Part shown: positions 1 through 9,352 of the stretch, in pieces
How positions within the stretch are numbered: position 1 is the stretch's first letter
Layout of the letters: the number at the start of each line of letters is the position of its first letter
Source: a bacterium
GTDB lineage: Bacteria; Omnitrophota; Gorgyraeia; Zapsychrales; Zapsychraceae
Reading direction: 5' to 3'
Assembly (NCBI GenBank): GCA_030429765.1
Contig: JAUIER010000003.1
Span: 80,402 to 144,401 of the forward strand
Length of the DNA: 64,000 nucleotides
The notes under the pieces: generated by a model
The model's database searches: none
Seen by the model: only the letters and a program-made list of their open reading frames with translations
What the model was told of the DNA's origin: nothing
Position numbers and translations under genes: made by a program

Positions 1-474
1 CTGATCCGTCAGGTATCCGAAGCGGCCCAGGGACTGAATGCCGAAGTTTTTGTCACCACGTCGAGACGGACGCCACCGGCCATTGATCAATATCTCTTCC
101 GAAAGGTCAAGAAGGATCCAAGGTTTCCGTTGCTGATTCTGCCGAACCGTGAAGATGTACCCGAGGCCGTCGGCGGCATATTAGGACTGTGTGATATCCT
201 TATCGTGTCGGGCGACAGCATTTCGATGGTCTCGGAAGCGGCGAGTTCGGGAAAGAAGACTATCGTGTTTTTACCTAAGTTCCGTGATCCGTCCAGCCGA
301 AAATCATCCAAGCATTTCAAATTTGTAGAAGGACTGAACAAGCAAGGTTTTATCTTGTCCTCACGGACCAAGGACATCGGACAGGCCATCTTTGATATTG
401 CCAAGCAAAAGATCCACACACGTCCGCTCGATGAAAGTCCGCCCATTCTTGAATCCTTAAGAAAACTGATTTAA
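1..474 (+). CDS. 5'-truncated CDS (C-terminal ~158 aa). Possibly an ELM1/DUF1022-like glycosyltransferase-family protein of the kind often found in LPS loci.
   Basis: Frame 1 is open from nt 1 to the stop at 472-474. The ORF track shows only the part from the internal TTG at 130. The C-terminal motif GDSISMVSEA and the LPS-locus context support the call, but identity is tentative. Confidence 0.3.
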   Translation: MIRQVSEAAQGLNAEVFVTTSRRTPPAIDQYLFRKVKKDPRFPLLILPNREDVPEAVGGILGLCDILIVSGDSISMVSEAASSGKKTIVFLPKFRDPSSRKSSKHFKFVEGLNKQGFILSSRTKDIGQAIFDIAKQKIHTRPLDESPPILESLRKLI

Positions 475-489
475 TCAGGAGAGAAGTGC

Positions 490-2583
490 ATGCGCGTTCT
501 ACAGATTTTACCCGAGCTCAATGTCGGGGGTGTAGAAACCGGAACCGTGGATTTTGCCGCCTACCTGGTTAACCACGGACACAAATCAGTGGTGATCTCT
601 AACGGCGGATCGATGGTTGAACGCCTGGAGGCGGAAGGATCCCGGCACTATCAGCTGCCAGTTCATCGCAAATCTTTTTTTACGGTCAGAAAAATGATCC
701 GGGCGGTCCGTGAGATTATCCGTCAGGAAAAGATTCAGATCGTACATGCCCGTTCGCGTATTCCGGCCTGGATCGCGTATTTTGCCTGCCGCAGCACGCG
801 AGCTTCCTTTATCACGACATGTCATGGATTTTATAGCAAGCCGATCTACAGTCAGGTGATGGGATGGCCCAAGCTGATCATTGTCCCGAGTGAGGTGATT
901 GCCCGGCATATGATCGAGACGTATAAAGTGTCGGCGGATCGTATTCGATGCATTCCGCGCAGTGTTGATCTCGAACGTTTCAAGGCGCCGCGTCGCCCGG
1001 AACGAAAGGACGGCAGCTGCACGATTGCGATTGTGGGGAGGATCACGGCCTTAAAAGGCCACACGTATTTTCTGCAGGCCATGGCCAAGGTTGTGCGGCA
1101 TATTCCTTATGCAAAGATATGGATTATCGGGGATGCGCCGAAAAAGAAATTGGCGTATCGAGAAGAATTGGAAACGCTGGTGAAACGATTGGGGTTGAGC
1201 CAGAATGTCGAGTTTTTGGGAAATCAACAGGATGTGCCGGGTTGTTTGAAGAAGGTTGATGTCCTGTGTTTCTCATCAACAGAGCCGGAATCATTCGGAC
1301 GCGCGATTGTCGAGGCGCAGGCGATGCGTGTTCCCGTTGTGGCCACGAGTGTGGGAGGCGTGGTGGATATTATTGAAGACGGACGAACCGGTTTTTTGGT
1401 GTTGCCCAAGGACCCGGACGCCATGGCGGACCGTGTGCTGAAGCTGGTGAACGATAAGGCGTTGGTCAAAAAGATGACCTCGGCGGCGCTCAAGAAGGTT
1501 CGGGAAAAGTATACCGTTGAACAGATGTCGGAGAGCACCCTGGCCGTCTACAAGGAGCTGCGGCGTTCATTTAATATACTCGTCATCAAGATCAGTTCGA
1601 TAGGTGATGTTGTCCTGGTGACGGCCTCCTTGAAGGCGCTCCGTGCAAAATTTCCTAAGTCGCCCATCAGTGTGTTTGTCGGACGGGAGTCCCGACGGAT
1701 ACTGGCCCAATGCCCGTATGTCGATGAAATAATTCCGTTCGATCACAAAGGCAAGCAAAAAGGATATCTGGAGCTGTGGCGGATGGGAAAGAAACTGCGC
1801 CGCATGCATTTCGACAAGGTTGTCGATTTTCAGAACAATCGAAAAAGTCATTTGCTGAGTTTTCTGACCATGGCCCCAGAAGCCTATGGATTTGACAATA
1901 AGAAATGGTCCCGGCTGCTGACCAATCCATTGAAGGATTATCGCAACGATATCCCGGCCGTGGAACATCAGTTTCAAATACTCAAGCGGTTGGGAATTGA
2001 ATATGATGACGATGTCCGGCTTGAACTGTGGCCGACAAAGACAGACGATGAGCATGTGCAGAAATTATTGGACCAGGAGTGGCTGGGCAACGCCAAGCAA
2101 ATCGTGGGGATAAATGTGTCGGCTTCCGAAAAATGGCCGAGTAAAAACTGGCCGGTTGAACACATTGTTGAGCTGTGTGACCGATTGGGGGCAGAGAATA
2201 TCAGAGTGGTGCTAACAGGTATGAAAAAGGATCGCGAAGTGGCCAAGGCGGTAAACACCAAGGCCAAGTCACGCCCGGCGAATCTCGCCGGACAGACGGA
2301 TATGATGCAGCTCGCGGCCCTGGTCCGTCGCTGTAATGTCTTTGTCACGCCGGATTCCGCGCCGCTGCATGTCTCGGCGGCCGTGGAGACACCTGTTGTG
2401 GCCTTATTCGGTCCGACTGATTCTGCACGTCATGTGCCGCCGGCCGATCAAATCAAGGTGTTGGAGACGCGTCCGGAATGCGCGCCATGCTACAGCGGGC
2501 AATGCCGTGTGAAAACGCATGTCTGCATGAAAGAAATCACCGTCGACGATGTCTATCGTGAGATTAAAAAATTAATGGCCTGA
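490..2583 (+). CDS. Bifunctional glycosyltransferase: N-terminal GT4 (family-1 fold) domain fused to a C-terminal GT9 (heptosyltransferase-family) domain.
   Basis: Residues 1-~355 carry GT4 hallmarks (MRVLQILPELNVGGVE..., E-x7-E region ESFGRAIVEAQAMRVPVVATSVGGVVDIIEDGRTGFLV). Residues ~360-697 carry GT9 hallmarks (ILVIKISSIGDVVL..., C-terminal DSAPLHVSAAVETPVVALFGPTD). Confidence 0.8.
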   Translation: MRVLQILPELNVGGVETGTVDFAAYLVNHGHKSVVISNGGSMVERLEAEGSRHYQLPVHRKSFFTVRKMIRAVREIIRQEKIQIVHARSRIPAWIAYFACRSTRASFITTCHGFYSKPIYSQVMGWPKLIIVPSEVIARHMIETYKVSADRIRCIPRSVDLERFKAPRRPERKDGSCTIAIVGRITALKGHTYFLQAMAKVVRHIPYAKIWIIGDAPKKKLAYREELETLVKRLGLSQNVEFLGNQQDVPGCLKKVDVLCFSSTEPESFGRAIVEAQAMRVPVVATSVGGVVDIIEDGRTGFLVLPKDPDAMADRVLKLVNDKALVKKMTSAALKKVREKYTVEQMSESTLAVYKELRRSFNILVIKISSIGDVVLVTASLKALRAKFPKSPISVFVGRESRRILAQCPYVDEIIPFDHKGKQKGYLELWRMGKKLRRMHFDKVVDFQNNRKSHLLSFLTMAPEAYGFDNKKWSRLLTNPLKDYRNDIPAVEHQFQILKRLGIEYDDDVRLELWPTKTDDEHVQKLLDQEWLGNAKQIVGINVSASEKWPSKNWPVEHIVELCDRLGAENIRVVLTGMKKDREVAKAVNTKAKSRPANLAGQTDMMQLAALVRRCNVFVTPDSAPLHVSAAVETPVVALFGPTDSARHVPPADQIKVLETRPECAPCYSGQCRVKTHVCMKEITVDDVYREIKKLMA

Positions 2584-2584
2584 T

Positions 2585-3679
2585 ATGAAGATATTGATAC
2601 TATCCACACACGTCAATACCGGCGGTATCACCAGTTATTTACTGACATTGTGCCAGGGCCTAATCAGGCAAGGGCATCAAATCTGGCTTGTGTCGAGCGG
2701 CGGCGATTGCGAGTCACGGTTTACGTCGATGGGGGTGACGATGATCCAGATGGATATTCGGACCAAGTCGGACTTGAGTCCAAAGATTTACGCGGCGGCT
2801 CCTAGGATTCGTCAATTGGTTGTCGATAACGGTATCGACATTCTCCACGCGCAGACGCGTGTCACCCAGGTGCTGGCGCGGCTGGTTCAGCGCTCAACGC
2901 AATGTGTGTATGTAGCCACCTGTCATGGATATTTCAAACGCCGCCTGAATCGACGCATCGCACCGTGCTGGGGTGATATGACCATCGCGATCAGCACCGC
3001 CGTGTATGAACATTTACTGGATGATTTTGAACTGGTCAGCGAACGTGTGTGCCTGATCGAGAATGGTATTGACACCGAGTATTATGCGCCGCTCTGTGAT
3101 GAACGCAAATCTCAGCAACGTCAGGCACTGGGACTTGATAACAGGAGGGTCGTCGGGACAATCGCGCGCCTCTCGGATGTCAAAGGGATCGATATTTTGA
3201 TCGAAGCCATGCCGCAGATTATGGATGCCGTTCCGGATGTGCATTGTGCCATCTTTGGACAAGGCAAAGAAGACGCCCCGCTTAAGGCGCTATGCCGTTC
3301 CCGGGGATTAGAGGACCGGATCACATTTTTTGACACGGTCAATGATACGGTGCAGTCTATGGGCGCGATCGATGTGTTTGTCATGCCCTCCCGACAGGAA
3401 GGATTAGGGTTGTCGGTGATGGAGGCACAATCCTGCGGTTGTCCGGTGGTGGCGACCAATGTCGGAGGTCTGCCGAGCCTTGTGATCGACGGACAAACAG
3501 GATTGCTTATTGAACCCGAGAGTCCGGAGGCGGTGGCGAATGCCGTGATCAAGCTGTTTAAAGATGACGATCTGTCCCAACGTCTCAGCGATAACGGACG
3601 GGATTTTATCCAAGCCAAATTTTCGGCCCGAGGGATGGTCGATAAAACGGCCGACTTGTATGCGAGGCTTTGCGCGTAA
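2585..3679 (+). CDS. Glycosyltransferase family 4 (group 1).
   Basis: MKILILSTHVNTGGITSYL... and EGLGLSVMEAQSCGCPVVATNVGGLPSLVIDGQTGLL. The start is coupled to the upstream stop (TGATATG). Confidence 0.85.
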   Translation: MKILILSTHVNTGGITSYLLTLCQGLIRQGHQIWLVSSGGDCESRFTSMGVTMIQMDIRTKSDLSPKIYAAAPRIRQLVVDNGIDILHAQTRVTQVLARLVQRSTQCVYVATCHGYFKRRLNRRIAPCWGDMTIAISTAVYEHLLDDFELVSERVCLIENGIDTEYYAPLCDERKSQQRQALGLDNRRVVGTIARLSDVKGIDILIEAMPQIMDAVPDVHCAIFGQGKEDAPLKALCRSRGLEDRITFFDTVNDTVQSMGAIDVFVMPSRQEGLGLSVMEAQSCGCPVVATNVGGLPSLVIDGQTGLLIEPESPEAVANAVIKLFKDDDLSQRLSDNGRDFIQAKFSARGMVDKTADLYARLCA

Positions 3680-3680
3680 C

Positions 3681-4703
3681 ATGAAAAATCTACTGGTGGT
3701 GAATGTTAACTGGTTAGGGGATGTGATTTTTTCCTCGCCTGTCTTTCGAGCGTTAAGAAAGTCATACCCTGACGCGCGAATCAGTTGTCTGGCCGTGCCG
3801 CGTGTGCGTGAGATCCTCGAATCCATTCAGGAGATTGATGACATCATCATCTATGACGAGGATGGACGTGACCGCAATCTGCTGTCCAAGTTTAGAATGG
3901 TGGGACGGCTGCGTCGGGAAAATTTTGATGCTGTCTTTTTACTATCGAAATCACGTTCACGCGCGTCGATGATGAAGTTGGCCGGCATTCCGGTCCGCGT
4001 GGGGTATGAAAATAAGAATCGAGGTCGCCTGTTGTCACATATTGCCGCGGGAGATGTGAACAGCATGCATCGAAGTGATTATTATCTAGGCGTTATTGAA
4101 GCGTTTGGTGTGGCTGTGGAAGATCGGAGCACCATCCTTGAAGCACGGGAGGAAGATTGTCACACAGTTCAACAAATGCTTAGCGATCAAGGACGTGATC
4201 CGTCGAAAAAATTGATTGCTCTCAACCCGGGGGGGAATTGGGATCTGAAGCGATGGCCGGCCGAAAATTTTGCGCGGCTCGCGGAACGTTTGAGTACCGA
4301 CAAGGAATTACAATTGGTCTTTACCGGCGCGGATAAAGATCGACCGCTGGTGGAGGATATTTTTCGGACAGCTAGTTTCGAAAGTAAGCCGATCAAACTA
4401 ACCGGACAGATGACTTTAAAGCAGCTGACGGCCTTGATGACATGTCTGGATGTCTTTGTCACCGCAGACTCAGGGCCGCTTCACATGGCCACAAGCGTTG
4501 GGTGCCCGACCGTGAGCGTCTTTGGGCCGACACGTCCGGAAATCACTGGTCCTCGCGGCACGGGACAAAATGTCACACTTCAGAAGGATGTCGGGTGCAA
4601 TCGCCGGGCCTGTTATCACTTGGAATGCCGAAACAATATCTGCATGCAGGCCGTAACCGTTGAGAACGTATATGAAGCCATTAAATCCATCCAGGATTCG
4701 TAG
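3681..4703 (+). CDS. Glycosyltransferase family 9 (ADP-heptose:LPS heptosyltransferase family).
   Basis: MKNLLVVNVNWLGDVIFSSPVFRALRKSYPDARI...DSGPLHMATSVGCPTVSVFGPT. The ORF-track start at 3564 overlaps the upstream gene. The ATG at 3681, immediately after the upstream stop, is the likelier start. Confidence 0.8.
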   Translation: MKNLLVVNVNWLGDVIFSSPVFRALRKSYPDARISCLAVPRVREILESIQEIDDIIIYDEDGRDRNLLSKFRMVGRLRRENFDAVFLLSKSRSRASMMKLAGIPVRVGYENKNRGRLLSHIAAGDVNSMHRSDYYLGVIEAFGVAVEDRSTILEAREEDCHTVQQMLSDQGRDPSKKLIALNPGGNWDLKRWPAENFARLAERLSTDKELQLVFTGADKDRPLVEDIFRTASFESKPIKLTGQMTLKQLTALMTCLDVFVTADSGPLHMATSVGCPTVSVFGPTRPEITGPRGTGQNVTLQKDVGCNRRACYHLECRNNICMQAVTVENVYEAIKSIQDS

Positions 4704-5664
4704 AATTCTGATTATTTCATTGTCGAATATCGGTGATGTGATCTTGACGCTGCCGGTTGCTGATATATTACGCCGTGATTTCCCGGACGCGAAAATCTCG
4801 ATTGTCGTCGGGCCCAAGGTGAAGTCGTTGTTTAAGAATACGCAGGCCTTTGAACATGTGATCCCCTACAATAAACATCAATCTGTCGGCGAGAAGTTTA
4901 AGTGGATCATGAAACTGCGCAAATACCGATTTGATCTGGTGGTGGACTTGAGAAACTCGGCGATTCCATTTTTACTGTCACCCAAATATCGAACGCCTGT
5001 GGATATTTCATCCAAAAAATCCATACATATGCGGCTCAAGCATCTGAAGCGATTACGAACAGTTCATCCATTTACCGATGATCGTGCGCAGCCCCAAAGT
5101 CTTTACGTCTCAGACGACGACCGGCAGTTTGTGGATGAGACGTTGGAAAAATATGTGGGAGCGTCCAAACCTTTCGTGGTGATGTCGCCTGGATCAGCCG
5201 ATCAGGCCAAGCGCTGGTCCAAGAAGGGATTCGCCGAGGTTGCTGAATTCCTGACGCAGGAACACGGATTAAAAACCGTCTTCGTCGGTGATCGGGAGGA
5301 TCGGCAGGTTGTGCAGGCGATACGCAAACTTATGGACAGCGAACCGGTGGATTTATGCGGCCGCACGACGCTGATTCAAACAGCCGAGATTGTCCGTCGC
5401 AGCCGGATGGCTTTGGTCAACGATAGCGCTGTGCAACATTTGGCCAGTTATCTGGATGTGCCGGTGTTGGCCATTTTTGGCTATACCGATCCGCTCAAGT
5501 ATGGACCGTGGGGAACCCGCGGCGGATATCTGCAACCCCATGGCGTGGCCGGCAAAACTGAAGGGACGACCGAGGAGCGCGTGGCCTTAATCGAGAGTGT
5601 TCGGCCGGCGGATGTGATCCGCTGCATACAAATGCGCGAATCGGGTGTCAGGTTTTTGTTATGA
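4672..5664 (+). CDS. Glycosyltransferase family 9 (heptosyltransferase family).
   Basis: RILIISLSNIGDVILTLPVADILRRDFPDAKI...NDSAVQHLASYLDVPVLAIFGYTDP. The start is either the TTG at 4660 or the ATG at 4672. Confidence 0.75.
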   Translation: MKPLNPSRIRRILIISLSNIGDVILTLPVADILRRDFPDAKISIVVGPKVKSLFKNTQAFEHVIPYNKHQSVGEKFKWIMKLRKYRFDLVVDLRNSAIPFLLSPKYRTPVDISSKKSIHMRLKHLKRLRTVHPFTDDRAQPQSLYVSDDDRQFVDETLEKYVGASKPFVVMSPGSADQAKRWSKKGFAEVAEFLTQEHGLKTVFVGDREDRQVVQAIRKLMDSEPVDLCGRTTLIQTAEIVRRSRMALVNDSAVQHLASYLDVPVLAIFGYTDPLKYGPWGTRGGYLQPHGVAGKTEGTTEERVALIESVRPADVIRCIQMRESGVRFLL

Positions 5665-6707
5665 CGCAGACGTTCAAGAATATTTTAATCATCCGGACGG
5701 ATCGTATCGGAGATGTGGTCCTGACAACACCATCGATCAAGGCGGTGCGAAAGGCCTATCCCGACGCTCGACTGTGTGTTCTGCTGGCACCTTTAACCTA
5801 TGATCTGCTAAACGGGATTGGTTTTGTCGACCGGCTATTCGTCGATGATCGACGGGGAGAGCACGCGGGAAATCTAGGTTTTTTCAAATTGGTCCGAAAA
5901 ATTCGACGGGAACGATTTGACCTGGTGATTAATTATCACACCAAGAAGCGTACAAATTTGATGGCGTTTCTGGCGGGCGTTCCGTACCGGTTGGGTTATC
6001 GCAACAACAAATGGGGCTTTTTATTGAATCATCCCGTCGAAGATTATCGTCATGAAGGTTTAAAGCACGAGGCCGCCTACTGTTTAGACCTGCTTAATGA
6101 GATCGGCATCAGCGATGCTGAATTAACTCCCGAAATCGCCTTGCTCGACGAATCCGTGGCCTGGGTCGATGATTTTCTGGGGCTTAACCAGATTGACGCG
6201 GGGGACAAGCTGATCGTGATTCATCCGTCGGCCAGCGATCCGGCCAAACAGTGGCCCGCCGAAAATTTTGTTGAACTGATCAACACCCTGGGAACGCGCA
6301 ACGCCGAACTCAAATTTGCCGTGATTGGAACGGCGGCCAATAGATCGCTGGCTGCTTCGATCGTCAAAGGCACCCGGCCGAAGGTGCTCGACACCACGGG
6401 TCTGCTGTCACTTAGCCAGATGGTCGCGCTCCTCAAGCGGGCCGATCTGCTGATATCCAATGATTCAGGGCCGGTTCATGTGGCCGCCGCCCTTCAAACA
6501 CCGGTGATATCCATCTTTACCCGGAATCAACCCGGGATCAATCCCACACGTTGGCAACCGCTTGGAGAGAGGTCGGCGTACGTAAGTGTTGATGCCGATC
6601 ACTCCAAATCCTTCAAAAAAGCCCAGAATTACGACCCAAAATCCATGCAACCGATTGCCGTTCAGACGGTTTTGCAAGCAGTTGACGCCCTTTGTAAACT
6701 ATGCTAG
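5661..6707 (+). CDS. Glycosyltransferase family 9 (heptosyltransferase family).
   Basis: NILIIRTDRIGDVVLTTPSIKAVRKAYPDARL...NDSGPVHVAAALQTPVISIFTRNQP. The start codon overlaps the upstream stop (ATGA). Confidence 0.8.
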   Translation: MTQTFKNILIIRTDRIGDVVLTTPSIKAVRKAYPDARLCVLLAPLTYDLLNGIGFVDRLFVDDRRGEHAGNLGFFKLVRKIRRERFDLVINYHTKKRTNLMAFLAGVPYRLGYRNNKWGFLLNHPVEDYRHEGLKHEAAYCLDLLNEIGISDAELTPEIALLDESVAWVDDFLGLNQIDAGDKLIVIHPSASDPAKQWPAENFVELINTLGTRNAELKFAVIGTAANRSLAASIVKGTRPKVLDTTGLLSLSQMVALLKRADLLISNDSGPVHVAAALQTPVISIFTRNQPGINPTRWQPLGERSAYVSVDADHSKSFKKAQNYDPKSMQPIAVQTVLQAVDALCKLC

Positions 6708-6769
6708 AATCGTTAGTTTCTTCATATCTAAATACCTAATTTTATTATAAATACTAGTAGCGCAAGCAG

Positions 6770-7798
6770 ATGAGCACCTTCAGGACAATTCTATCCAAGT
6801 TTAATCAGCAATCAATTCTCGTCGTTGGAGATTTAATCCTCGATCAGTACCTCCAGGGGTCGGTCAGCCGGATTTCGCCTGAGGCGCCGGTGCCGGTGGT
6901 TCTGCAGAAGAAGGCCTTCAACACTCCCGGCGGGGCGGCCAATGTGGCCAATAACCTGGCCGGACTCAAGGCCAAGGTCTCTATGCTCGGGATCGTGGGG
7001 GACGATGCCGAGGGGAAGTTGCTGGTCCAGTCCCTGAAGAAGAAAAAAATCCGTGTCCAGGCGATCTATACTGATTCCAATCGTCCAACCATCACCAAGA
7101 CGCGCGTGTTGGCTCAGAATCAGCAAATCGTGCGAATCGACAAAGAAGATATCGACAAGCCGATCCACAAAAACATCACCAAGAAATTGTTTGATTATCT
7201 GACTCGAAACATCGAGAAATTTGATGCGGTGATCCTGTCTGACTACGGCAAGGGACTGCTAACACCGGAATTGTCGCAGCATGCGGTCTCACTCGCGCTT
7301 AAGCATAAAAAAATTGTGACGGTTGATCCCAAGGTTGAGCATTTTGGTTACTATCGTCATGCGACGGCAATTACGCCGAACCTGGCCGAGACAGAGAATG
7401 CCATTCGCAGCATTAAAGTCACATCACCTCAACTATCCGCCAAGCTGGGCGTCGATTCGGATAAACTCAAAACTGATGAACAGATTGACCTGGCCGGCAA
7501 AGAGCTATTGAAATGTCTGGATCTTGATTCACTATTGGTTACATTGAGCGAACGCGGGATGCGGTTATTTGAACGCGGTAAAAAGCCGGTCTCCATCAAG
7601 ACCAAGGCCAAGGCCGTCTATGACGTGACCGGGGCGGGCGATGCGGTTATTTCAGTTTTTACATTGGCCATGGCCGCCGGGGCCACAAAACATCAGGCCG
7701 CCGATTTGTCGAATTTCGGCGCGGGTATCGTTGTTGGCAAGTTAGGGGCCGTCGCCCTCGAGAAGAAAGAACTGGCAGAGGCCGTTAAGGGACATTAG
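6770..7798 (+). CDS. hldA: D-glycero-beta-D-manno-heptose-7-phosphate kinase (HldE domain I only, ribokinase/PfkB family).
   Basis: ILVVGDLILDQY...SRISPEAPVPVV and the C-terminal DVTGAGDAVISVF motif. No adenylyltransferase domain is present in this ORF. Confidence 0.85.
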   Translation: MSTFRTILSKFNQQSILVVGDLILDQYLQGSVSRISPEAPVPVVLQKKAFNTPGGAANVANNLAGLKAKVSMLGIVGDDAEGKLLVQSLKKKKIRVQAIYTDSNRPTITKTRVLAQNQQIVRIDKEDIDKPIHKNITKKLFDYLTRNIEKFDAVILSDYGKGLLTPELSQHAVSLALKHKKIVTVDPKVEHFGYYRHATAITPNLAETENAIRSIKVTSPQLSAKLGVDSDKLKTDEQIDLAGKELLKCLDLDSLLVTLSERGMRLFERGKKPVSIKTKAKAVYDVTGAGDAVISVFTLAMAAGATKHQAADLSNFGAGIVVGKLGAVALEKKELAEAVKGH

Positions 7799-8530
7799 AT
7801 GCGCACGATTGCGGTAATACCGGCACGGTATCATTCCACCCGTTTTGAAGCCAAGGTTTTGGCGATCATCGACGGGAAACCGATGATTCAGCATGTGTAC
7901 GAACGGACGCGGCAATCCCAGCGCGTCGATGATGTGATCATTGCGTGTGATCATCCGGACGTTCAGCAAGCGGCCGAAGCGTTCGGCGCGCGAGCGGTGA
8001 TGACCGATCCCAACCATGCGTCGGGATCCGATCGAATTGCTGAAGCCGTGAAAAACATTTCGTGTGACGTGGTCGTCAATGTTCAGGGAGACGAACCGCT
8101 GATCCAGCCGCAAGTGATCGATGCATTGGTCGACGCGATGTCCGGCAAGGACAATCACGTGATGGCCACGGTGGTGACCGCGATCCGTGACGATGCCGAG
8201 ATTGATGATCCGAATGTGGTCAAAGCTGTTATCAATGCAAAAGGCGAGGCGCTCTATTTTTCGCGATCCCGTATTCCGTATCAACGGAATGCCGTGGGCC
8301 AGATATACTACAAACATTTAGGCATTTATGCCTACACCAGGGAATTTCTTTTAACGTACACACAAATGCCCAAGTCTAAACTGGAGCTCACCGAATCGCT
8401 CGAGCAGCTGCGGGTCTTGGATGCCGGATACCGAATCAAAACCATCGAGACGGACCAATCATCAATCGGCGTTGATTGTCCCGAAGATTTAGTCAAAGTT
8501 GAAGCCGCCATCAGGAAGCAGGAGTCATGA
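7799..8530 (+). CDS. kdsB: 3-deoxy-manno-octulosonate cytidylyltransferase (CMP-Kdo synthetase).
   Basis: IAVIPARYHSTRF..., VVVNVQGDEPLIQP, YKHLGIYAYTREFL. It is collinear with E. coli KdsB. Confidence 0.92.
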   Translation: MRTIAVIPARYHSTRFEAKVLAIIDGKPMIQHVYERTRQSQRVDDVIIACDHPDVQQAAEAFGARAVMTDPNHASGSDRIAEAVKNISCDVVVNVQGDEPLIQPQVIDALVDAMSGKDNHVMATVVTAIRDDAEIDDPNVVKAVINAKGEALYFSRSRIPYQRNAVGQIYYKHLGIYAYTREFLLTYTQMPKSKLELTESLEQLRVLDAGYRIKTIETDQSSIGVDCPEDLVKVEAAIRKQES

Positions 8531-9348
8531 CCAAACAGATCCAAATCCATAACGTCAAAATCGGACGTCGCAATCCATTTGTTTTAATCGCCGGACCATG
8601 TGTTATCGAGGGCCGGCAAATCACCATGAAGATCGCCGGTCGTCTGAAGAAGATCACCAGCAAACTGGGAATTCCGCTGGTCTTCAAGGCCAGTTATGAC
8701 AAAGCCAATCGTACATCGATCAATTCGCATCGCGGTCCCGGGATCAGTGAGGGGTTGGACATCCTAGCCGAGATCAAGGCTAAGTATGATGTCCCGATCG
8801 TGAGTGATGTGCATAACATCGGGGAGATCGATCAGGCCGCGAAGGTGCTGGATATCCTGCAGATTCCGGCCTTTCTGTGCCGGCAGACCGATCTGCTTGT
8901 ATGCGCGGGCAGCACCGGACGTGTCGTGAATATCAAAAAAGGACAGTTTGTGGCCCCGGAAAATATGAACCAGGCCGTGTCCAAAGTCGAGAGCACCGGC
9001 AACAAAAAGATAATGCTCACCGAACGCGGTGTGAGTTTCGGGTACAATGCGCTGGTCACCGATTTTCGGTCGATACCGATCATGCAGGAATTCGGCTATC
9101 CGGTGATCCTGGACGCGTCCCACAGTGTTCAGCAGCCCGGCGGATTGGGCAATGCGTCCGGCGGACGAAGTGAGTTCATTCCGATGTTTGCCCGATGCGG
9201 GGTCGCCGCGGGATGTGACGGGATATTTATGGAAGTGCACTCAGATCCATCCCAAGCCTTGTCGGATGGTCCCAATATGCTTCCACTTAACAAACTCGAA
9301 AAATTACTGGTCCAGCTCAAGGCGCTGGATCAAATCGTGAAAAAGTAA
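8527..9348 (+). CDS. kdsA: 2-dehydro-3-deoxyphosphooctonate aldolase (Kdo-8-phosphate synthase).
   Basis: FVLIAGPCVIEG...VFKASYDKANRTS; DAHK/aldolase fold. Confidence 0.92.
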   Translation: MTKQIQIHNVKIGRRNPFVLIAGPCVIEGRQITMKIAGRLKKITSKLGIPLVFKASYDKANRTSINSHRGPGISEGLDILAEIKAKYDVPIVSDVHNIGEIDQAAKVLDILQIPAFLCRQTDLLVCAGSTGRVVNIKKGQFVAPENMNQAVSKVESTGNKKIMLTERGVSFGYNALVTDFRSIPIMQEFGYPVILDASHSVQQPGGLGNASGGRSEFIPMFARCGVAAGCDGIFMEVHSDPSQALSDGPNMLPLNKLEKLLVQLKALDQIVKK

Positions 9349-9352
9349 ACAG

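Noticed and set aside
3564-3680. N-terminal extension of the second GT9 gene (ORF-track start 3564)
   Set aside because: Overlaps the upstream GT4 gene by 116 nt. The conserved GT9 N-terminus begins at the ATG at 3681, right after the upstream stop.
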